The notes: generated by a model from the sequence alone, not told the origin. 64,000 nt of DNA from Longimicrobiales bacterium (GCA_965238005.1 OZ250165.1:608001-672000), one strand, 5' to 3'; numbered from the stretch's first letter, positions 1 through 10,304 are shown. Numbers and translations: made by a program.

Positions 1-331
1 TCTTCAGCCGATGAACACGTTCATCACCATCAACATGTTCATATTCGCCAGCGCACAGGCCATCTTCGCCTTCAACTTCCTGTGGAGCCTGTTCAAGGGT
101 AAGAAGGCCGGCAACAACCCCTGGGAGTGCAATACGCTCGAGTGGTCCGTTCCGTCTCCTCCGCCCCACGGAAACTTCCCGGAGATCCCCATCGTGTACC
201 GCGGGCCGTACGAGTACAGCCACCCCGACAGGGAGGAGGACTTCTATCCGCAAGACGTGCCGCCACCCACGAGCGACGTCGGAGGACAGAGCGTTCAAGC
301 GCCCACCCCTGAACCCGTTCCCGGAGACTGA
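1..331 (+). CDS. ctaD: Cytochrome c oxidase subunit I, C-terminal end (cut by window start)
   Basis: NPWECNTLEWSVPSPPPHGNF and YRGPYEY are typical of the COX1 C-terminus; followed by subunit III and IV genes. Confidence 0.9.
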   Translation, partial: LQPMNTFITINMFIFASAQAIFAFNFLWSLFKGKKAGNNPWECNTLEWSVPSPPPHGNFPEIPIVYRGPYEYSHPDREEDFYPQDVPPPTSDVGGQSVQAPTPEPVPGD

Positions 332-334
332 CCT

Positions 335-991
335 GTGAGCCAGGCTGCAACCGCGACGATGGACCGTAGGCCCATGCCCGGGATGATGGTCTACAACAAC
401 AAGCTTGGCATGTGGGTGTTCCTGCTCAGCGAGGTGATGTTCTTCACTTCGCTGATCGGTTCATACGTCATCCTGCGCTTCGCGCATCCGGACCATTGGA
501 CGGATCCGGGCGTGATCCTGAACGTTCCCCTCACGGCCCTGAACACCTTCTTCCTGATCTGCTCGTCGGTGACGATGGTGAAGGCCTTCGCGGCCATCCA
601 GCATGGAGATCAGAAGGGCTTGAAGCTTTGGCTCCTGGCGACAATCCTCATCGGAACGCTCTTCGTGGGCATTCAGGCGGTGGAGTACAACGTGTTGTCG
701 GCAGAAGGATTCGTCCCCATGCTCGACGCGTATCACGCGCTGGGCCGGGGGAATCCACACGAGGGTCCGGCCCTCGGTGGACCCCTCTACGGGGCGACCT
801 TCTACGCCATGACCGGCTTCCATGGAGCACACGTGACCCTGGGAGTGCTGGCCCTCTGGTTCGTATTCGGAAAGGCACTCCGTGGAGGCTATACCAGGGA
901 GAATCACCAGGGCGTTGAAGTCATCGGCCTATACTGGCACTTCGTGGATCTGGTGTGGATTCTTCTCTTCACCGTCGTCTACCTGATATGA
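335..991 (+). CDS. ctaE: Cytochrome c oxidase subunit III
   Basis: GMWVFLLSEVMFF, TGFHGAHV, GLYWHFVDLVW motifs. Confidence 0.95.
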   Translation: MSQAATATMDRRPMPGMMVYNNKLGMWVFLLSEVMFFTSLIGSYVILRFAHPDHWTDPGVILNVPLTALNTFFLICSSVTMVKAFAAIQHGDQKGLKLWLLATILIGTLFVGIQAVEYNVLSAEGFVPMLDAYHALGRGNPHEGPALGGPLYGATFYAMTGFHGAHVTLGVLALWFVFGKALRGGYTRENHQGVEVIGLYWHFVDLVWILLFTVVYLI

Positions 992-1013
992 GCGAGTACC
1001 TGATATGAGCGAG
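980..1013. repeat. Perfect 17-bp tandem duplication spanning the ctaE stop codon
   Basis: TACCTGATATGAGCGAG at 980-996 and 997-1013. Confidence 0.95.
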
Positions 1014-1018
1014 GAGGA

Positions 1019-1285
1019 ATGATGGAAGAGCATCCGCAACCCCGTTATATCCTGATCTGGGTCGTCCTCCTCGTGCTGACGATGGCCGAGGTCGGATACG
1101 CGTTCATGGATCTCCCGAAGGTCTGGCTCGCCACGGGATTGATCATCATGGCGCTGTGGAAGGCACTGCTGGTGGCGATGTACTTCATGCATCTCCGCTA
1201 CGAGCCTCGACGGCTCTGGGTGTTGGCCGCTTCTCCGCTTCCACTGGCGGTGATTCTGGTGCTGGCCGTCATTACAGAATTCTAG
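1019..1285 (+). CDS. ctaF: Cytochrome c oxidase subunit IV family protein
   Basis: 3 TM segments, KALLVAMYFMHLRYE motif, GAGGAGG RBS, operon position. Confidence 0.9.
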   Translation: MMEEHPQPRYILIWVVLLVLTMAEVGYAFMDLPKVWLATGLIIMALWKALLVAMYFMHLRYEPRRLWVLAASPLPLAVILVLAVITEF

Positions 1286-1371
1286 TGTTCCGTTTCCGAA
1301 GTTCGCGAGCCACCAAGAGGGTCGGGGGGTCATGATCGCCGGGCGGCGACTACTCCAGATGGAGCGGTAGG

Positions 1372-1533
1372 TTGGACAACGAGGGTCTGCGACTTGGGCT
1401 GTTTCTCGGTGGCGTCATAATGGCCGCCGTACCGGTCTCCGTGGGCGTAGGGTTCGGCATCTTCCTCTTCAAGCAGTTCAAGAAGGAGCGCCTGCACGGC
1501 GAGGGGGCACACGAGCAAAGGGGGGCGCCATGA
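1372..1533 (+). CDS. Small membrane protein, 53 aa (below ORF-track cutoff)
   Basis: TTG start after GGAG; LDNEGLRLGLFLGGVIMAAVPVSVGVGFGIFLFKQFKKE...; stop overlaps next ATG (ATGA). Confidence 0.6.
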   Translation: MDNEGLRLGLFLGGVIMAAVPVSVGVGFGIFLFKQFKKERLHGEGAHEQRGAP

Positions 1534-2492
1534 GGGAGCGCTTCCGCGGGGTGGTTCCTCGGGGTGTCGTGGCCGGATTCCTCGGCGCCACGGCCATGGC
1601 CTTCTGGTTCCTGATCGTCGACGGTTCCCAGGGGGAGCCGTTTAGAACTCCGGCGTTCCTGGCCGGAGCCATTCTCGGCACCGGGGACATCGAGCGGAGC
1701 CTGGGCCCTGTCTTCCTCTACACGCTCATCCACTACGTCGCATTCATCACGGTCGGCCTCCTCGTGTCGTGGACGCTGTCGAAGATCTATACGGCACCCA
1801 ATGTCTTCCTGGGGCTCGTACTCGGATTCGCCCTCTTCGACATCGTCTTCTACACGAGCGTCTCGGTCACAGGCGTAGACGTCGTGGCAGAGCTCGGCTG
1901 GCCCGCGGTTGTGGCCGGCAATCTCATCGCGGGCGTGACCTTGATGGGCTTCCTCCACCTCACGGGCGCCACGCCACCGGTATCGTGGTGGGCCCTCCTA
2001 GGAGAGCACCGGATGTTCAAAGAGGGACTGGTGTCGGGGCTCATCGGTGCCGGTGTGGTGGCCCTCTGGTTCCTCATCATCGATATGGGGCGTGGGCAAC
2101 CCTTCTTCACTCCAGGAGCTCTGGGGTCCGCGCTCTTCCTGGGCTCCAGCGATCTGGCCGCCGTCAGCGTGTCGAGCGCGACCGTGATGGGATACACCAT
2201 CGTCCACATCGGTGCGTTCATCGCTACCGGTTTCGTCGCCGCAGCCATCGCGTGCTACGCCGAGGACACGCCTCCCCTCATCCTGGCGGGGGTAATGCTC
2301 TTCGTGGCCTTCGAGGCGTTCTTCATGGGCCTCATGGCGCTGGCCGCCGAGTTCCTCCTGGGTCCCCTGGCGTGGTGGGCCATCGCCGTGGGCAACGTGC
2401 TGGCCTCGGTTGCCATGGCGTACTACCTGTGGGTCAAGCACCCGAAGCTGCGGAGGGTCTTGGCCGAGAACCCCTGGGACAAGACGGACTGA
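1530..2492 (+). CDS. Integral membrane protein with two-fold internal duplication
   Basis: GVVAGFLGA..MAFWFLIVD..GEPFRTP repeated as GLVSGLIGA..VALWFLIID..GQPFFTP; hydrophobic throughout. Confidence 0.8.
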   Translation: MRERFRGVVPRGVVAGFLGATAMAFWFLIVDGSQGEPFRTPAFLAGAILGTGDIERSLGPVFLYTLIHYVAFITVGLLVSWTLSKIYTAPNVFLGLVLGFALFDIVFYTSVSVTGVDVVAELGWPAVVAGNLIAGVTLMGFLHLTGATPPVSWWALLGEHRMFKEGLVSGLIGAGVVALWFLIIDMGRGQPFFTPGALGSALFLGSSDLAAVSVSSATVMGYTIVHIGAFIATGFVAAAIACYAEDTPPLILAGVMLFVAFEAFFMGLMALAAEFLLGPLAWWAIAVGNVLASVAMAYYLWVKHPKLRRVLAENPWDKTD

Positions 2493-2610
2493 GCAACGCC
2501 GGGCTGAGATCGTCCGTCAGGATGGACGCCCCGGGCCCAGGTCCGGGGCGTTTGCAGTTACGCCGATTCGCAGCCGATGACCCTGCTCCCGGGAGCCTGC
2601 CAAGGATATC

Positions 2611-5600
2611 ATGACCAAGGCAATGCCGATGCTGACCACCGCCGTGCTGGTGACCCTCCCCTCCCTGTCCACCCCGATCTCGGGCCAGAACACCCCTGGG
2701 TCTGCGGTGGGCACCACCTCCACGCAGGAAGCTTCATGGGACGTCGACCAGTCCCTCGGACCCACGACCGCGCTCTCCTTCGAGACGGACGAAGGGACCT
2801 GGATGAACGTGGACGTCAGCGACGACGGGCAGGCTCTCGTGTTCGACCTGCTGGGCGACCTCTACACCATGCCCTTCACTGGCGGACTGGCTGCACGCAT
2901 CTCGTCAGGGCAGGCGTTCGACATGCAGCCCCGCTTCAGCCCGGACGGATCGAGCATCGCCTTCATCAGCGACCGGGACGGCAACTTCAATCTGTGGCTC
3001 ATGGACCCGGATGGATCGAACACCCGCCAGGTGTCGAAGGAGGGAGACCGGGAGGTGAGCAGCCCGGCGTGGGCCCCGGGCGGCCAGTACGTCTACGTCC
3101 GGAAGCACTTCGTCGAAGAGCGGTCACTCGGGGCCGGTGAAGTGTGGATGTACCACGTGAGCGGCGGGGCGGGCCTGCAGGTCACCGAGAGGGACAGCTG
3201 GCAGAAGGACCAAGGGGAGCCGGCGGCCTCCGGCGACGGGCGCTACCTCTACTACAGCCGCAACGTCTACCCGGGTCAGACATTCCAGTACAACAAGAAC
3301 GTCTACCAGACCATCTACGCCATCCTCCGTCGCGACCTCACCACGGGCGAGGAGCGGACCGTGGTGCGCCGGCCTGGCGGATCCATCACGCCGAGGCCCT
3401 CTCCCGACGGGACCAAGCTGGCGTTCATCAGGAGGGTTCGCCTCAACTCCGTGCTCTTCCTCCACGATCTGGCGACGGGGGAGGAGTGGCCGCTCTTCGA
3501 CGGCCTCGACCGCGACATGCAGGAGGCCTGGGCGATCCACGGCGTCTACACCCAATACGACTGGACGCCTGACGGCAGCTCCATCGTGATCTGGGGTCAG
3601 GGCAAGATATGGCGCGTCGACGTGGCCACCGGCGAGGCCAACATCATCCCGTTCACGGCGCGGGTGGAGCAGACGATCCACGAAGCCCTACGCTTCCAGC
3701 AGGAGGTGGCTCCCGAGAGCTTCGACGTACGGATGCTCCGTGACGTCACGACCTCTCCGGCAGGGCGATTCGTAGCCTATTCGGCTCTGGGCAAGCTCTA
3801 CCTCAAGGAGCTGCCCCTGGAGACGCCCCGCCGCCTGACCCGAGGCGACGCCATGGAGTTCGCGCCAGCTTTCTCGCCAGACGACCAGTGGATCGCCTAC
3901 GCGACCTGGACCGACGCCGACAGAGGACGCATCAGGGTCGTCCGGACTGACGGGAGCGGCGGGAGGGAGGTGGTGACGACCCCGGGGCATCATACCGAGC
4001 CCTCCTTTGCACCCGACGGGAGCTGGATCGTCTATCGCTCCACTGAAGGCGATCAGGTCCGTGGCCCGACCCACGGGCAGAACCCAGGGATCTTCATCGT
4101 CCCGGTGGACGGCTCGGAGGAGCCGCGAAGGGTCCGCCGGAGCGGGACGAGACCCGGGTTCGACCACACGGGGGAGCGGATATTCGTGAACGAGACCGCC
4201 GACGGGAGCCACCAGCTGGTGAGCGTCGACCTGCATGGCACGGACGAGGTCGTCCACTTCCAATCCGAGAACGCCACGCAGATCGTTCCATCCCCCGACG
4301 GAGAGTGGGTGGCATTCACCGAGCGCTATCGCACCTACCTGGCCACCTTCCCCCGCTCCGGCAGAACGGTCACCCTCGGACCCGACGAAGAGGGTTTCCC
4401 GGTGGCCCGGGTGTCCGAGAACACGGGCGAATACCTGCATTGGTCCGGAGACGGGAGATCCCTCCACTGGAGCCTAGGGCCCGAGTACTTCACCCGGGAT
4501 CTCACGGAGACGTTCTCCTTCATCCGAGGTGGCACCAGTGAGGCGGCCGATCCCGAGGCCAGTGGGCTCGACATCGGATTCTCCCGGGCCAGCGACGTGC
4601 CGTCGGGCGTGGTGGCTCTCGTGGACGCACGCATCATCCCACTCGGAGCCGACTCCGATGAGGGCGGCGGCGTCATCGAGCGCGGCACCATCGTGGTGAC
4701 CGGCAACCGGATCACAGCCCTCGGTCCCACGAACAGGGTGGCCGTGCCCACCGAAGCTCACCGGGTGGACGTCACGGGGAAGACCATCATCCCCGGCATC
4801 GTCGACGTGCACGCGCACGTGCGTGGTGCATCGAACGGCATACTCGCGCAGGCCAGCTGGTCCTTCCTGGCCAACCTCGCCTACGGCGTGACCACGTCCC
4901 ACGATCCCTCGAGCAGCACCTCTACCGTCTTCACGAACTCGGAGATGATCCGGGCCGGCATGAAGGTCGGGCCACGCCTCTTCTCCACGGGGACGATCCT
5001 GTACGGCGCGGAGAGCGACGCCAAGGCCGTGGTGACCAGCGACGAGGACGCCCGGCGCCACGTGGCTCGCATGAAGGCCGTCGGCGCCTTCAGCGTGAAG
5101 AGCTACAACCAGCGACGGCGCGACGCTCGCCAACGGATCATCAAGGCCGGTCGAGAGCTCCAGATGATGGTCGTCCCCGAGGGCGGCTCGCTGGTCTACA
5201 ACAACATGACCATGGTCCACGACGGCCACACCGGCGTAGAACATTCCCTCCCCGTACCCGTGGTCTATGACGACCTGGCTCAGCTCTTCGGACAGAGCTC
5301 TACCGGATACACGCCCACCTTGGTGGTGGGCTACGGTGGGCTCGCGGGCGAGAATTACTGGTACGAGCGCACCAACGTCTGGGAGAACGAGCGTCTTCTC
5401 CGCTTCGTGCCCCGGGACGTGGTGGACCCACGCTCACGACGGCGGGTCATGGCGGCCGGCGACGAGGACTTCAACCACGTCGCCATCGCACGGGGAGCCA
5501 AGACCATCCAGGACGCGGGCGGCCTGGTCGCGCTGGGAGCCCACGGGCAACTCCAGGGCCTGGGGGCTCACTGGGAGCTCTGGATGTTCGTGCAAGGTGG

Positions 5601-5910
5601 AATGAGCGAAGTGGAGGCATTGAGGGTCGCCACCATCAACGGCGCACGCTACCTCGGCCTCGACGCCGACCTGGGCTCACTGGAGATCGGTAAGCTGGCG
5701 GATCTCGTCGTGCTCGACCAGAACCCCCTGGACTCCATCCAGCACAGCGAGTCCGTAAACATGGTCATGGTGAACGGCAGGCTCTACGACGAGGACCTGA
5801 ACGAGATCGGGAACCACCCCAGAGAGCGGATGCCGCTCTACTGGGAGCGGAGACCGGCCGGAGCGCCTGCGCCCCCTCCTCCACCGCCGCCGGGCGGGAA
5901 CGGAGGATGA
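2611..5910 (+). CDS. Secreted TolB-like/PD40 beta-propeller fused to an amidohydrolase domain
   Basis: Signal peptide; repeated PxFSPDG blades; GKTIIPGIVDVHAH metal motif; ATINGARYLG and GSLEIGKLADLVVL. Confidence 0.9.
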   Translation: MTKAMPMLTTAVLVTLPSLSTPISGQNTPGSAVGTTSTQEASWDVDQSLGPTTALSFETDEGTWMNVDVSDDGQALVFDLLGDLYTMPFTGGLAARISSGQAFDMQPRFSPDGSSIAFISDRDGNFNLWLMDPDGSNTRQVSKEGDREVSSPAWAPGGQYVYVRKHFVEERSLGAGEVWMYHVSGGAGLQVTERDSWQKDQGEPAASGDGRYLYYSRNVYPGQTFQYNKNVYQTIYAILRRDLTTGEERTVVRRPGGSITPRPSPDGTKLAFIRRVRLNSVLFLHDLATGEEWPLFDGLDRDMQEAWAIHGVYTQYDWTPDGSSIVIWGQGKIWRVDVATGEANIIPFTARVEQTIHEALRFQQEVAPESFDVRMLRDVTTSPAGRFVAYSALGKLYLKELPLETPRRLTRGDAMEFAPAFSPDDQWIAYATWTDADRGRIRVVRTDGSGGREVVTTPGHHTEPSFAPDGSWIVYRSTEGDQVRGPTHGQNPGIFIVPVDGSEEPRRVRRSGTRPGFDHTGERIFVNETADGSHQLVSVDLHGTDEVVHFQSENATQIVPSPDGEWVAFTERYRTYLATFPRSGRTVTLGPDEEGFPVARVSENTGEYLHWSGDGRSLHWSLGPEYFTRDLTETFSFIRGGTSEAADPEASGLDIGFSRASDVPSGVVALVDARIIPLGADSDEGGGVIERGTIVVTGNRITALGPTNRVAVPTEAHRVDVTGKTIIPGIVDVHAHVRGASNGILAQASWSFLANLAYGVTTSHDPSSSTSTVFTNSEMIRAGMKVGPRLFSTGTILYGAESDAKAVVTSDEDARRHVARMKAVGAFSVKSYNQRRRDARQRIIKAGRELQMMVVPEGGSLVYNNMTMVHDGHTGVEHSLPVPVVYDDLAQLFGQSSTGYTPTLVVGYGGLAGENYWYERTNVWENERLLRFVPRDVVDPRSRRRVMAAGDEDFNHVAIARGAKTIQDAGGLVALGAHGQLQGLGAHWELWMFVQGGMSEVEALRVATINGARYLGLDADLGSLEIGKLADLVVLDQNPLDSIQHSESVNMVMVNGRLYDEDLNEIGNHPRERMPLYWERRPAGAPAPPPPPPPGGNGG

Positions 5911-5952
5911 TCTTCCGAGGGTGACCTCGGGCGGTGTAGTCCTCCGTGCCGC

Positions 5953-6153
5953 CTATTCCTCGTAGCCGAGGAAGCGGTTGAGGCGCCAGAGGTAGTACGA
6001 GAGGCCGGCGGCCAGGATCAGGAAGATGCCCCCCATGACGAGGGCACCGGTGCCCCCATCCTTCGAGAACCCTACGAGCTCGTAGCCGCCGTAGCCGGCG
6101 CAGAAGAGGATGGCGGCTGCGATGAGAACCCGATGGAAGGCAACGAGGGACAC
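5953..6153 (-). CDS. Small 2-TM membrane protein
   Basis: Two hydrophobic segments; GGAG upstream of GTG. Confidence 0.6.
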   Translation of the reverse strand: MSLVAFHRVLIAAAILFCAGYGGYELVGFSKDGGTGALVMGGIFLILAAGLSYYLWRLNRFLGYEE

Positions 6154-6268
6154 GTGCTTCTCCGTACGATGAGACGGTGACGCACCAATCTAGCGTCCCG
6201 TTACCAAAGTGTCTCGGCCAGTCGAGGGCACGGTGCATCCGTGGGCTCGGCTCATTACCCGCCTCAGC

Positions 6269-7159
6269 TCACGGCTTCCACTCGGATGCCGGAGCTCCCG
6301 CCAGCTCCTCAGCCTCCGCCTTCCAGCTCCGGTACTCGTCTTTCGTCCAGCGGAAGAAGACGATGGAGATGGCGACCCAGAAGATGAGCATCCCGGGAAT
6401 CCACATGATCAGACCGCCGAGACGCTGGTCCTCCAACGGAGTGAGGGCCGTCACCCGCGGAGCCAGCTCGTACAAGGGATAGAGCATCTTGTCCGAGAGC
6501 GTGATGAACGCCGAGACCGCAGTGGACGGGATACCGAACGCGAAGACGTACATCATGAGCAGTGGCCCCGTGGGGATCCTCTCCAGCTCCGGCACCGGGT
6601 TGACCACGGCCCACCACATCATGGTGGCCACGGAGATGAACATGAGATGCTGTAGGATGTGGACGTCGTGGTTGGCCAGGGCGGCGTTGTAGATGGGAGG
6701 TAGGTGCCACCCGATGAAGACTACGTTGTAGGCGGCGAACGCCACCGCGGGATGGGTCAGCATGCGGCCCGCCTTCAGCACGGCCGGCCGCTCAAGGGCT
6801 TTGCTGATCAGCCAAGGCGGAACCCCCAGGATCAACAGCGGCGGCATGATGAGCATTAGCAGCATGTGCTGCACCATGTGGGCCGCGAACAGGTACTCGT
6901 CGCTGAGCGCGTGGAGGGGACCGTTCAGCGAAAAGAAGATGATCCCCACCCCACCCAGGTATGCCGCCATCCTCCACGGGCTCGCGCCCGTATCAGACCA
7001 TCCGAAATGCCTCCAAGCCGGCCCCACGGCTATGAGGTATATAGCCGCGAGGCAGACGCAGCCCACCAGAACGCTGACGTGGACCTCGAATCCGAAGATG
7101 ACGAAGTCGTCCCATCCTTCGCTCAGGAGGACGAGGCTCGGTAGAGTGGAAAGTGTCAC
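6269..7159 (-). CDS. ctaG: Cytochrome c oxidase assembly factor, caa3-type CtaG family
   Basis: AAHMVQHMLL, WHLPPIY, EDQRLGGLIMWIPG motifs. Confidence 0.9.
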   Translation of the reverse strand: MTLSTLPSLVLLSEGWDDFVIFGFEVHVSVLVGCVCLAAIYLIAVGPAWRHFGWSDTGASPWRMAAYLGGVGIIFFSLNGPLHALSDEYLFAAHMVQHMLLMLIMPPLLILGVPPWLISKALERPAVLKAGRMLTHPAVAFAAYNVVFIGWHLPPIYNAALANHDVHILQHLMFISVATMMWWAVVNPVPELERIPTGPLLMMYVFAFGIPSTAVSAFITLSDKMLYPLYELAPRVTALTPLEDQRLGGLIMWIPGMLIFWVAISIVFFRWTKDEYRSWKAEAEELAGAPASEWKP

Positions 7160-8451
7160 GCACGATCTGCTTGGGTGGGCATCAGCCTGGCATCGCGCCT
7201 GCCTACCTGATGCGGGTCACGAGGATCCTTCTCCAACGAGGTGCGAAGAGCTGCTACCGCCGCAGACGCTGCGGCCGCGAGCACCAGGGGCTCGGAGGCC
7301 GTCACCCGGTCGAGAGCGGCGCTCAGATCGGCCACGAGGTCCTCCGCGGCCTCGATCCCCACGGAAAGTCGCACCAGGCTGTCCCCGACGCCGGCGACGG
7401 CCCTCGCCTCCTCGTCCATGGCGGCATGGGTCATGGTCGCCGGATGACAGACCAGGCTCTCGACGCCACCCAGCGACTCCGCCAGGGTGAACAGCTCCAG
7501 GCCGTCCAGGAAGGCCTTCACCTGCTCCCTTCCGCCCTCCAGCTCGAAGCTGACCATCCCGCCGAAGCCGGATTGCTGGGATGCCGCGATGCCGTGCCCC
7601 GGGTGGTCCTCGAGGCTGGGGTGATAGACGCGGCTCACGGCCGGATGCTCCTTCAAGGCACCCACGATGGCACGGCCGTTGGTCTCATGCAGCCGCATAC
7701 GGGCGTGCAGGGTCCTGATTCCCCTCATGGTGAGAAACGAGTCGAAGGGCGAACCGGTCACGCCCAGGGCGTTGGCCCACCACGCCACCTCCTCGGCCAG
7801 GTCCGCCGTCCGGGCGATCACGGCGCCACCGACGACGTCCGAGTGCCCGTTCAGGTACTTGGTCGTCGAGTGGACGACCAGGTCGGCCCCCAGCTCGATG
7901 GGCCGCTGCAGCACCGGCGAGAGGAAGGTATTGTCGACCACCACCAGGGCGTCCACGGTGCGGGCCCGCCGAACGATGTCCGCGATGTCGACCACTCGAA
8001 GCAAAGGATTGCTCGGCGTCTCCACCCAGATCATGCTCGGCTCGTCCGCGAAGGCCTCGTCCAGCCGGCTCGGGTCGGTCTGATCGATAAGCTCCAGCCG
8101 GAACTGGCCCTTCCGCGCCAAGCTCGTCAGGAGCCGGTGGGTCCCTCCGTAACAGTCGTGGGGCGCCAGGATGAGGTCGTCCGGTCCCAACAGCTGCAGG
8201 ACCGTCGTCACCGCCGCCATGCCCGAGGCGGTCACCACGGCGCCGTGACCGCCCTCGAGATCGGCCAGCGCCTCTCCCAGGATGTCCCGCGTGGGATTCC
8301 CCGAGCGGGTGTAGTCGTACCGGCGCTGTTCTCCCAGTCCCACGAAGGAGAAGGTGGACGAGAGATGGATGGGCGGGATCACGGCTCCGTGTTCCCGGTC
8401 CACGGCCACTCCCGCACAAGCGGCACGGGTCTCGCTGCGGCGCTCAGGCAT
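7156..8451 (-). CDS. metB: Cystathionine gamma-synthase (PLP trans-sulfuration enzyme)
   Basis: YTRSGNPT, ETPSNP, HSTTKYLNGHSD (PLP Lys), AESLGGVESL. Confidence 0.92.
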   Translation of the reverse strand: MPERRSETRAACAGVAVDREHGAVIPPIHLSSTFSFVGLGEQRRYDYTRSGNPTRDILGEALADLEGGHGAVVTASGMAAVTTVLQLLGPDDLILAPHDCYGGTHRLLTSLARKGQFRLELIDQTDPSRLDEAFADEPSMIWVETPSNPLLRVVDIADIVRRARTVDALVVVDNTFLSPVLQRPIELGADLVVHSTTKYLNGHSDVVGGAVIARTADLAEEVAWWANALGVTGSPFDSFLTMRGIRTLHARMRLHETNGRAIVGALKEHPAVSRVYHPSLEDHPGHGIAASQQSGFGGMVSFELEGGREQVKAFLDGLELFTLAESLGGVESLVCHPATMTHAAMDEEARAVAGVGDSLVRLSVGIEAAEDLVADLSAALDRVTASEPLVLAAAASAAVAALRTSLEKDPRDPHQVGRRDARLMPTQADRA

Positions 8452-9424
8452 GATGAGCCTCCACGTCGAGGACGTTACGGACCAGACGGCTCACCACCTG
8501 GTGCTCCTTGAGGAATGCGTCGTGACCGAAGTGGGATGCGATCCTGATGGCCCGGCCCGAGCTCGGCAGTCTTCGCGCCAGCTCGGCCACCAGCCAGGGC
8601 GGTACGAGCGTGTCGGAGTCCACCGAAACGACGGTCGTGGCAACGGTGATGTCCTCAGGCTCCACCCGATGAAGGTCGAGTGACTGGGACAGGATCCCGA
8701 AGGCGTTCGCGTCGAAGCGACGGCTGAATCTCTCGCCCTGGACGTCGAGGTACTCCTCCACGGCGAATCGCGGGAGGCCATCCTCCCAGCTGGGTGAGGA
8801 CACGAAGCGCTGCTCGAACTCCTCCGGAGTCCGATAGGTCGTCATGGCCAGGGCCCTGGCCAGAGCCAGTCCCTCCGTCTCCCGGCCCGCCTCCGCGGAG
8901 AGAGCGACGATACGGCGCTGGAGCACCCGGAGGCCCACGGCCATGGGATGCGAGCGGTGGGCCGCACAGAGCATCAGAAGTCGTTCGACCCGCTCCGGGT
9001 AGAGCACACCCAGGGCCAACCCCACCATTCCTCCGTACGACGCGCCCACGAAGCCGTGGAGCTTCTCGATCTCCAGGTGGTCGAGCACGGCGGCCACGGC
9101 CCGGGCCTGATCCTCCGTGGTCACGACGGGGACGCCGGACTCGATGGGAGAGGGGCCGCCGGAGTCCCCCGCACCGCCGAGCCAATCGATGCCCACGATG
9201 CGGTACCGCTCCGGATCCAGAGCGACGCCCGCACCTACCACGCCCGGCCACCAGCCCTCGGTCCCGTCCGGCTTGCCGCAGACGAAACGATGGGCCGAGA
9301 TGCCACCGAGCACGAAGACGGCAGCAGCCTCTTCCGGGCCGTACGAGGCGTAGGCCACCATGTCTCCCGCAGCGGAGCCGTGGAGGGCCACCGTCCCCAA
9401 CGGCGGCGCCGCCACGGCCCTCAT
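8444..9424 (-). CDS. metX: Homoserine O-acyl (probably succinyl) transferase, MetX family
   Basis: LGGISA, GASYGG nucleophile elbow, GHDAFL; ATG at 9424 overlaps the upstream stop. Confidence 0.9.
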   Translation of the reverse strand: MRAVAAPPLGTVALHGSAAGDMVAYASYGPEEAAAVFVLGGISAHRFVCGKPDGTEGWWPGVVGAGVALDPERYRIVGIDWLGGAGDSGGPSPIESGVPVVTTEDQARAVAAVLDHLEIEKLHGFVGASYGGMVGLALGVLYPERVERLLMLCAAHRSHPMAVGLRVLQRRIVALSAEAGRETEGLALARALAMTTYRTPEEFEQRFVSSPSWEDGLPRFAVEEYLDVQGERFSRRFDANAFGILSQSLDLHRVEPEDITVATTVVSVDSDTLVPPWLVAELARRLPSSGRAIRIASHFGHDAFLKEHQVVSRLVRNVLDVEAHHA

Positions 9425-9621
9425 GACGGCCTCCCCGAGCCCACGGGGAAGTCGGTCACGCCTGCGAGCGTGTGGCCCGTGTGGCCGAGGAGGCCCAAGA
9501 AGGCGCACCCTACGCGACCTGGTCCGAGCAGGTGAACGGTGGGCGAAGGTCCGGTGGTCCGGTAGGCGTCGAGGGTCGCTGTCGACAAGCGACGGCCCGA
9601 GACGCCGATCTGCTGGCTCAT
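9421..9621 (-). pseudogene. Internally deleted homoserine dehydrogenase-like remnant (66 aa)
   Basis: VHLLGPGRVGCAFL Rossmann motif, RBS, first position in the met operon; far too short for a full enzyme. Confidence 0.55.
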
Positions 9622-9723
9622 GCTTCTCACTCCTGTTCCATGACCGTGGGGAACGAGGAGCGCTGGCGGATGATCCGATCGCACCGGAAGCCACGACCAG
9701 GGAAGGTCGGGGACTCGGACGCG

Positions 9724-9843
9724 AGTTCATCTTTCGGTGAACCTTGGTTCCCGCAGGACTTGGCACCGTTTCGAGGGCTGCGTAATCCCCCGAAGGTTGC
9801 CCCGGCGTCGTAGGGCCTGCCCCTCAGCCGGTCTCGATGATGA
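9724..9843 (-). promoter_or_regulatory. SAM-I (S-box) riboswitch
   Basis: Minus strand reads TCATCGAGA..GAGGG..GGCCC..GA..CC..GCAACC..CGGTGCCAAGTCC..AAAGATGA, matching the SAM-I consensus; upstream of met genes. Confidence 0.93.
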
Positions 9844-9962
9844 CCCGGAGGATATACGACGTGCTGGGATGGGTCAATGGGGACGAACCGAGCGGAGGTC
9901 TCGGAGGACTGCTTCGTCGCGTCGCGACCGACCCGGCCGCACCCCACTACTCGGACAGGCTC

Positions 9963-10304
9963 CTACACGCCCACCACGTCGAAGCGGGGCAGGAACTGGT
10001 ACAGGACGATCATCATCACCACCACGAACACCGCCAAGGAGAGTCCCGCGAGGAAGAGTACCGAGAACACCTTGCTGTCGGACTTCAGGTGCATGAAGAA
10101 CATGACGACCATGGCGAACTTGGCCGTGGACAGCACCAGGAGAATGGGGACCAGGACGGGAGCCAAAGCCTCGATGTAGAAGATTGCCACCTCGACCGCC
10201 GTGATGACCGTCAGTATCCCCGCGATCAGCCAGTAGAAGCCGATGGAGCCGTGTCTACCCTCGTGCGGATCGTGTACCGTGGCCGTGGCTTCAGCGCTGC
10301 TCAT
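9963..10304 (-). CDS. ctaF: Cytochrome c oxidase subunit IV (caa3-type)
   Basis: KFAMVVMFFMHLKSD motif; 3 TM segments. Confidence 0.9.
   Translation of the reverse strand: MSSAEATATVHDPHEGRHGSIGFYWLIAGILTVITAVEVAIFYIEALAPVLVPILLVLSTAKFAMVVMFFMHLKSDSKVFSVLFLAGLSLAVFVVVMMIVLYQFLPRFDVVGV

Noticed and set aside
7153..8511. Long antisense or alternative-frame ORFs (also 11163-12605, 39785-41494, 46614-47795)
   Set aside because: Shadow ORFs of high-GC coding sequence overlapping well-supported genes; no motifs
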